Shown piece after piece: positions 58,290-64,000 of a stretch of DNA of 64,000 nucleotides (its first letter is position 1; each line of letters opens with the position of its first letter). The stretch lies in contig OY730443.1 in NCBI GenBank assembly GCA_963422705.1, positions 2,270,694-2,334,693 on the forward strand. The letters are read 5' to 3'. The notes under the pieces were generated by a model. It did not search any database. It saw only the letters and a list, made by a program, of their open reading frames with translations, and was not told where the DNA came from. The position numbers and the translations under genes are program-made. Source of the stretch: Candidatus Poribacteria bacterium (GTDB lineage: Bacteria > Poribacteria > WGA-4E > WGA-3G).

Positions 58290-61200
58290 TTAGAATGCGT
58301 TTCCGAGCTGTACATAAAATCTATTTTGAGAAACGCCGGGGATGATGAATAAAGGGACTGCATAATCAACCCGGGCTGTGACGGGGCCGAGTGTTAAACG
58401 GAGCCCCGCACCTGCAGCGGCTGGCATCGGCGCTGCGGCAACGTCGTCTAAGGCGCCCCACACATTCCCCGTATCAAAGAAGACGGCACCCCCGAGTAGG
58501 ATACCAAACAGGTTATAGGGCGGAGAACGTAGTTCGGTGTTGAAGATGAGCCGGACATCGCCGCGATGTCTACCCGTCATATCAAGAGGCCCGAGGCCGC
58601 GTTCGGTATATCCACGAATCGTATTCATCCCGCCTGCCCAGAATCGCTCAAAGGAGATGAGGGCAGCCATGCGATTTAAACGCAACCCGTTCGTGATTCC
58701 GAATCGCACGGCTGTTGCCAAAACGGGCCCCCAAGTTCCCAGCCGTCGGTAATATCGGATGTCTGTTGTTGTTTTAACAAAACTCGTTTCACCGGCTAAA
58801 AATCCGCCTGCATATTCAAGTGTTACTTTGTTCAACATACCCGATGTTGGGTTAAGATATGGTGCACGGCTGTCATGTGTCCAGGTAAAGCGTAGACTGC
58901 TAACAGTTGTTTGTTGCACTTGTGCAATCGGCGGACGCGCGCTTTTGATATTTTCTCCCTCCAGTTGACGCAGATGCCGGTAATTGTACTGTAAATCGAG
59001 TTGATGCGTGTTGGCAAATTCCCTGCTCAGGATAAAGCTAGCTTGAAGTGCGCGCACGTTATCATCTTCCTCCAAATTCCTCCCGGAGAATTGTAAACTG
59101 CCGCGAATTCGCCGGAGCAGCCAGGGTTCCATAAGGGTTACGTCATAGAGATAGCCTCGCGTCCCTAACCTGCCACGTAAGTCTGCGCGGGCATTCCGTT
59201 TGAAAAGATTCCAGTGTCTTAATCCGAAGGCGAGGCGGAAACCGTCTAAAGAACTGTATCCGATACCGTTGCTATATGCGCCCGGCTTCTGTTTTTGAAG
59301 TTCAATGGCGATGTTGCGTGTTTTGAGTGCTGACGCTCTTACTGGCGTCCCCGCCTCATGCAATTTGGGTGCTACAGCGCCTCCGCGATTGAGCTGCTTT
59401 GCCTGAACGCGCTGAAAAATGCCTGTATTGTAAAGATTCTGTAGGGCTTGCTCCAATTTGGTAGGCGCGTAGCGTGTGCCTTCAAGGTGCTTGATTTCGC
59501 GGGTGAGGACGTGTTCTTTCACGTCCGAATCGCCTTCAAAACGGAATGTGCCGAAGTAAATTTGTTCACCTTCTGAAATATCACAATCGAGGATTCCGTG
59601 TTCAAAAACCTCAAGATGCGTTTCGCGTTGTGTGAGTGAGTACCGTGGATTCCCGCCTCTATCCCGAATGCTCCAAACTTCGCCTATTTTTAAGGCGATA
59701 AAGGTACCTGCAAGTGGTAAGTCGCGATTGACAAATTCCATTTGGAGATTTCCAGGAAGTCGCCCTTCATCAAGTGGTTTAGCAAAATTACCTTCAATCT
59801 GAAAAATAGGCGTTCTCGTTTGAGCGACATACCTCACTTCAACCGTCGCGTCAATGTAACCACGTTCATGATAGAATTTTTTGACGGAATTCTCGTAGGC
59901 TGTTCTTACAAACTTTACATTCGGTTGTGGTAACTGGAAATCGGAAGGGAGCTGCCGTAGCAGTCTATCCGTACTTAGCGTCTGATTCCCACTGAAACGA
60001 CATCGGTGTATGACTTCCTTGTAAGATTCGGTGATGGCAACGTGGATTGTGATTTCCCCCGTCAACTGTTTATCGGTATTTTCTTTATCTGGAATTGCGC
60101 TTATCCGAATAGAGGCGTAGTGATAGCCTGCTTTTTCATATAAAATTTCTAACCGTTGTTTATCTTTTTTTAGAAGTTGTTTATGAAAAAAACGTTTTTT
60201 TCCAAACAGCTTCGAACCCCTGCCGGTGGGCCGCAGTTCCATCTCACGCAATAACTGTTCGTTGGAAAAAACAGTGTTTCCGGAAAAGGTGTTCCGTGTG
60301 ACGACATAACGGATTCCGGGATTTATGATGAATTTAACGGCGCCTTGCCCTTTTATGGGGCCAAGAGAGTGTGGAACTTCGGACACGGTTGTGTCGACGT
60401 AACCGTTCTGTTCAAAATATCGAATTATGGATTGTCGCCACAAAAAAGGCGATGTCGCGGAGAAATTTGCCGATGCGATTAACCCGTCCTCATCAATCTT
60501 AATATCGGAAGGTGTGAACTCCAGCAACACCCGTTTACCTTCCTCGATGTAGAACGCGAGCACTCCTGTTTCCGGGTAAAATTTCGGTATGATGGTAGGC
60601 GTATAATAACGATTTTTCCGATACAGTTCTCTAATAGATTGGACATCGGTTTGGACGGCGGACTTTTGGTAGATATCATCAATTCCGAGGTAACAAACGG
60701 TTTTGATGCGGCCTGCGGACATAGCAGCATTTCCGCGAATGTGCAGTGCGGTGATACGCGAACGGGCGCCCAAGGTTATCTGATAGATTAACGTGATGGC
60801 TTTGTAACCATCAGGCGTGTCTGTGCGGTTTTGCGTTGCCGCCGCTTGTTGGGCCTCAACGGTATTCACTTTAAGATTCACATCCGCATCAAAATACCCA
60901 TGTTCAGCACAGACGGCTTTGATTTGGCCAACATCGTTTTCAGCAGATGCTGGGACGTACGCTTCTCCTCGTTTAGACTGAATTGTATTTCGGATAATCC
61001 CGCGCAACGCCGTCGTAACACCGTTCAGCTCAATTTCCTTGATGCGCGCCGCACTTGTTAGGTAAAATGCTAGGACAACGCCTTCAGACATAATTTGCGC
61101 GTAGCACTGGATTTGAGCATACGCTTGTGATTGGTAGAGCGCCTTCACTTCGCGTTGGATAGCGTACTGAGAAAATGACGTGCCGGTTTTTATAAAAGTC

Positions 61201-61664
61201 TGTTCTCTCAGCTGCTGCGCCCTAATTTCAGAAATAGGGACACCGTCAATGTGATATTCAATTTCCCGTATGATAAGATTTCCATATACAGTTTGGTGAA
61301 AATGACGCGGGGGGCGTGGTTGCCCGTTCTCGATGGCAGGCGTCTCATCCGGTGCACCGTCTTTTGTGATATCACTAGCGGTTTTCAATATCCCTTGGGT
61401 TTGGGATGAAATTTTCGAGAGCTTCCTGTAAACATGAGGCGCTTGTCGTCGTGTGTTGAACGCTGTTTGATTAACTTTGTTCATCGTGACAGAAAAGGGC
61501 TGTTGCAAGACTGCACCCGTCTGATGCAGGTGTCGTGTTTCCGCGCTATTGATGCTGTTTCCCCACGGCATGATGTAACAAAGCATCAGCGTGAATTTGA
61601 AAAATAGCCGCAAGTTCTTCAACAATAAGGTACGAGACACAGTTCGCTTTTCTAGTACTCGCAT
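58290..61664 (-). CDS. Omp85-family outer-membrane protein (BamA/TamA-like) with extended POTRA region
   Basis: 1124 aa. C-terminal beta-barrel ending ...RFYVQLGNAF, with the aromatic last residue typical of Omp85 barrels. Confidence 0.65.
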   Translation of the reverse strand: MRVLEKRTVSRTLLLKNLRLFFKFTLMLCYIMPWGNSINSAETRHLHQTGAVLQQPFSVTMNKVNQTAFNTRRQAPHVYRKLSKISSQTQGILKTASDITKDGAPDETPAIENGQPRPPRHFHQTVYGNLIIREIEYHIDGVPISEIRAQQLREQTFIKTGTSFSQYAIQREVKALYQSQAYAQIQCYAQIMSEGVVLAFYLTSAARIKEIELNGVTTALRGIIRNTIQSKRGEAYVPASAENDVGQIKAVCAEHGYFDADVNLKVNTVEAQQAAATQNRTDTPDGYKAITLIYQITLGARSRITALHIRGNAAMSAGRIKTVCYLGIDDIYQKSAVQTDVQSIRELYRKNRYYTPTIIPKFYPETGVLAFYIEEGKRVLLEFTPSDIKIDEDGLIASANFSATSPFLWRQSIIRYFEQNGYVDTTVSEVPHSLGPIKGQGAVKFIINPGIRYVVTRNTFSGNTVFSNEQLLREMELRPTGRGSKLFGKKRFFHKQLLKKDKQRLEILYEKAGYHYASIRISAIPDKENTDKQLTGEITIHVAITESYKEVIHRCRFSGNQTLSTDRLLRQLPSDFQLPQPNVKFVRTAYENSVKKFYHERGYIDATVEVRYVAQTRTPIFQIEGNFAKPLDEGRLPGNLQMEFVNRDLPLAGTFIALKIGEVWSIRDRGGNPRYSLTQRETHLEVFEHGILDCDISEGEQIYFGTFRFEGDSDVKEHVLTREIKHLEGTRYAPTKLEQALQNLYNTGIFQRVQAKQLNRGGAVAPKLHEAGTPVRASALKTRNIAIELQKQKPGAYSNGIGYSSLDGFRLAFGLRHWNLFKRNARADLRGRLGTRGYLYDVTLMEPWLLRRIRGSLQFSGRNLEEDDNVRALQASFILSREFANTHQLDLQYNYRHLRQLEGENIKSARPPIAQVQQTTVSSLRFTWTHDSRAPYLNPTSGMLNKVTLEYAGGFLAGETSFVKTTTDIRYYRRLGTWGPVLATAVRFGITNGLRLNRMAALISFERFWAGGMNTIRGYTERGLGPLDMTGRHRGDVRLIFNTELRSPPYNLFGILLGGAVFFDTGNVWGALDDVAAAPMPAAAGAGLRLTLGPVTARVDYAVPLFIIPGVSQNRFYVQLGNAF

Positions 61665-61665
61665 C

Positions 61666-64000
61666 CTAAAAACGTCCCTCTAGTTGAAAATCAATCCCGT
61701 ACCCGGCTTCCTCGTCGCGTTCAACTCTGATGGACATATTTTTCCCTAAAGGTAAAGGGTACTCAGCCCGAATGGGGCGTCCTTTCAAAAAAGGCGAGAT
61801 GGTAAAGGTAACGCCACTAAACGCCTGAGATAGAGAGAAGCGTTGTGTGAGCAGCACGATAACCTCCTCCGCTGTCGGCAGATATGTTGTGGAGGTATTC
61901 AGCGCCTCGACGCTCATGCGCGTGTTTGCATCATCCAATTTACCGGTATACGATACATTAACGAGGAGTTCTGCGGTACTGCCATCCCTAAGAGGCACGC
62001 CACGCAAGGGTTCCGTGATGTTAAGAGATATGTTGAGTTCCGGGTTAAAAGTAGCGGTGCTCTGATTATTGATATCCGAACCTTCAACAAATTCAAAAGG
62101 GTGTGTGAAGAGCCAGACGGTGCCCCTGAGGAATGACACGTTCCCTGTGAAAATCGGGCGCTGAATAGGACCGGTAAGGCGGCCTGCGCAAGAGATTTCG
62201 ATATCTGTCGGCCCACCGACAGAAGATAACACATGGAAGTTATCCGGAACGTTGAGCCCGATATCTAGCACGAAATCTCTCAAAATTGGATAATCTAGGG
62301 CTAATTCGGCTTCTGTTACTTCTGAAGAATCCGTAACCCAATCTCTAACAGTTTCCCAATTTGATTCATAATAGCCTGAGTGTACATGAATGTCGCCTGT
62401 CAGGTTCGGTTTGGCCAGCGTCCCTTTGAGGTGAAGCATCGGAGAAGCGATTACAACTTGATACTGTCCCTGTTGCTTAAAAACGCTTGTTTCCTGCTCC
62501 GCCCGCAAATCTATGGTAGATTGGGGTGGTAACTTCCAGATTCTCTCTCCTGCCGGTGAAATCAGGCTTCCGGTAACTGAGAAATCGCCACCGTTCAATG
62601 TACCTTTAAAGTCTGGTATGTCAACTTGTGTTTCTGACACCTCTAGGTGCCCCGTTGTTTTTATCAGCGAAATCCCGGACTGTGGCAGCTCAATTCCAAA
62701 GTCGTTGAAGCGCGCAGTCCCGTCGAGTTTGGGTGAATTGAGGTTCCCGAAAAGTGTGACATGGAGTGTCCCGTTGCCACTGATGGCACCGAGCCCGGGC
62801 ACAATAAATGCAAAAATGTCAGGATTTTCTACCGCAACATCAATTTGCCCGTTAAAATTTGTAGCGGCTATTAACGTATCTAAAGTAAGATGGGGTTCAC
62901 CAACACGCTCTTTCGCCCGTAAATTCTCCATAATTTTGGAGAATTCTAAAGGGAGAGTGAGCAAGAAAGTCAATTGATTCTCGCCGAGTGTCACCTGAAA
63001 AGGGCGCCGTGCTGAGATTTCCCATTCTCCATTTTCGTAACGGAGCCGTCCATTCACCTCCAGCGGAATGCCGTTCAATTCGATTCCATCGCGTTCTCTT
63101 CTATTTTTCGGTTTGTTACGTCTCACGGTAATTCTCGGATTTTCGACGGTTCCATCAATGTGTAAACTTCCGGACAAAGTTCCGTTCAATTCATATTCAG
63201 GGAGCAATTGGTGAGTGAGTGGGGCTACGTCAAAATTCTTTACCCGAACGGTGGTATCTAGTTCTCCATTTAGCTCCCATCGACTTTCCTCATCTGCACT
63301 GAAAACCGTGCTCACAAAATCGTTTGAATCCGCGGATGAAAGGGCTTTCTCAGAGGCTACCGGCCGCTGGATTGGAAATAGGCTATCCTCCGGTTCGATA
63401 TAGAAATCCTCAAAGTGGAATCCTTCAGCCAAGGCGATTACGCCTCGGTTGAGGCTAATTGAAATCGGGTATGTATTCCGGAAGTCGTACTGATGGTTGG
63501 CAAATGGGAGCACGAACGCCACCCGTGCTTGTTCTATTTCCAAAATTCCGGTTGCAACTTCTGCTGCGCCGCGCAGCGTTGGCATCTCTTGGATTTTTGG
63601 GATAGGTATAATCCCTGCAGGGATGACTTGTCCGTCCTGGGTATCGATAGGATTCAGGAAAAAGCTATCCAAGGGGATTACTAATTCCTGAAGCGTCGTT
63701 GTCAGTTTTCCTTCTGTTAAAAACCCGTCCCGGCTAAGCGGTTCGAAGAATTGCGGAAAAATTCCGTTCAGGTTTAATTCTTCAAGTTTCACCCCTGAGA
63801 GCTGAAATTTTTCTGGCGTTAAACCGTTCAAACTCAACTGGCCGCGTTCAAGCGTGCATATTCCGTCTCCGAGCTCGAATTGGAATTTCGTTATGTCAAT
63901 CAGTTCTTTCTGTGCTTTGAGTTGCAATGTGGCATTCCGGAGAGGTTCAGCAAAATCTTTCAGTCCGAGCAGGGATGCCTGCACGGAGAGACTCCCCTCT
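61666..64000 (-). CDS. TamB/AsmA-family (DUF490) protein, C-terminal part; gene continues beyond the window
   Basis: Large beta-rich ORF ending ...YGIDFQLEGRF, immediately upstream of the Omp85 gene. The ORF remains open to the window edge. Confidence 0.55.
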   Translation of the reverse strand, partial: EGSLSVQASLLGLKDFAEPLRNATLQLKAQKELIDITKFQFELGDGICTLERGQLSLNGLTPEKFQLSGVKLEELNLNGIFPQFFEPLSRDGFLTEGKLTTTLQELVIPLDSFFLNPIDTQDGQVIPAGIIPIPKIQEMPTLRGAAEVATGILEIEQARVAFVLPFANHQYDFRNTYPISISLNRGVIALAEGFHFEDFYIEPEDSLFPIQRPVASEKALSSADSNDFVSTVFSADEESRWELNGELDTTVRVKNFDVAPLTHQLLPEYELNGTLSGSLHIDGTVENPRITVRRNKPKNRRERDGIELNGIPLEVNGRLRYENGEWEISARRPFQVTLGENQLTFLLTLPLEFSKIMENLRAKERVGEPHLTLDTLIAATNFNGQIDVAVENPDIFAFIVPGLGAISGNGTLHVTLFGNLNSPKLDGTARFNDFGIELPQSGISLIKTTGHLEVSETQVDIPDFKGTLNGGDFSVTGSLISPAGERIWKLPPQSTIDLRAEQETSVFKQQGQYQVVIASPMLHLKGTLAKPNLTGDIHVHSGYYESNWETVRDWVTDSSEVTEAELALDYPILRDFVLDIGLNVPDNFHVLSSVGGPTDIEISCAGRLTGPIQRPIFTGNVSFLRGTVWLFTHPFEFVEGSDINNQSTATFNPELNISLNITEPLRGVPLRDGSTAELLVNVSYTGKLDDANTRMSVEALNTSTTYLPTAEEVIVLLTQRFSLSQAFSGVTFTISPFLKGRPIRAEYPLPLGKNMSIRVERDEEAGYGIDFQLEGRF

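Overview
Bacterial chromosomal window of roughly 50% GC, probably from an uncultured bacterium; the sulfatase, xylose-isomerase-like TIM barrel and DUF6807-like gene content suggests Planctomycetota/Verrucomicrobiota or a similar lineage. It mixes housekeeping and transport genes with a heavily rearranged accessory region.

Housekeeping and transport genes:
- ActP-like Na+/solute symporter, GmhA-like SIS isomerase, MDR oxidoreductase, PhyH-like dioxygenase, sulfatase.
- Two-domain ABC permease and MalK-like ATPase, Dpp-like permeases, AroQ, DegT aminotransferase, threonine dehydratase.
- Two CBS proteins, KorAB 2-oxoacid:ferredoxin oxidoreductase, a BMP/nucleoside-type ABC importer, and an Omp85/TamB-like pair.

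Mobile and repeat elements:
- A degenerate IS200/IS605 (tnpA plus a disrupted tnpB) and an IS1341-like tnpB-only element.
- tRNA-Asn(GTT).
- A previously undescribed ~80-bp repeat family found as single copies and as tandem arrays, including one array translated in-frame inside an 865-aa gene.
- A ~3-kb insertion island bounded by 128-bp direct repeats.

The centrepiece is the 32.7-48.0 kb locus. It encodes a PLD(HKD)-SNF2 helicase fusion interrupted by a frameshift in an A8 tract, a small SAM-methyltransferase-fold gene, and three tandem ~3.7-4.4 kb repeat units. Each unit carries a 1166-aa Eco57I/PglX/DrmMI-like gamma-class N6-adenine methyltransferase; sequence variation between copies is clustered in the C-terminal target-recognition region. 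This is a candidate new DISARM-class-1-like or BREX-like defense or epigenetic system that lacks the canonical core genes.
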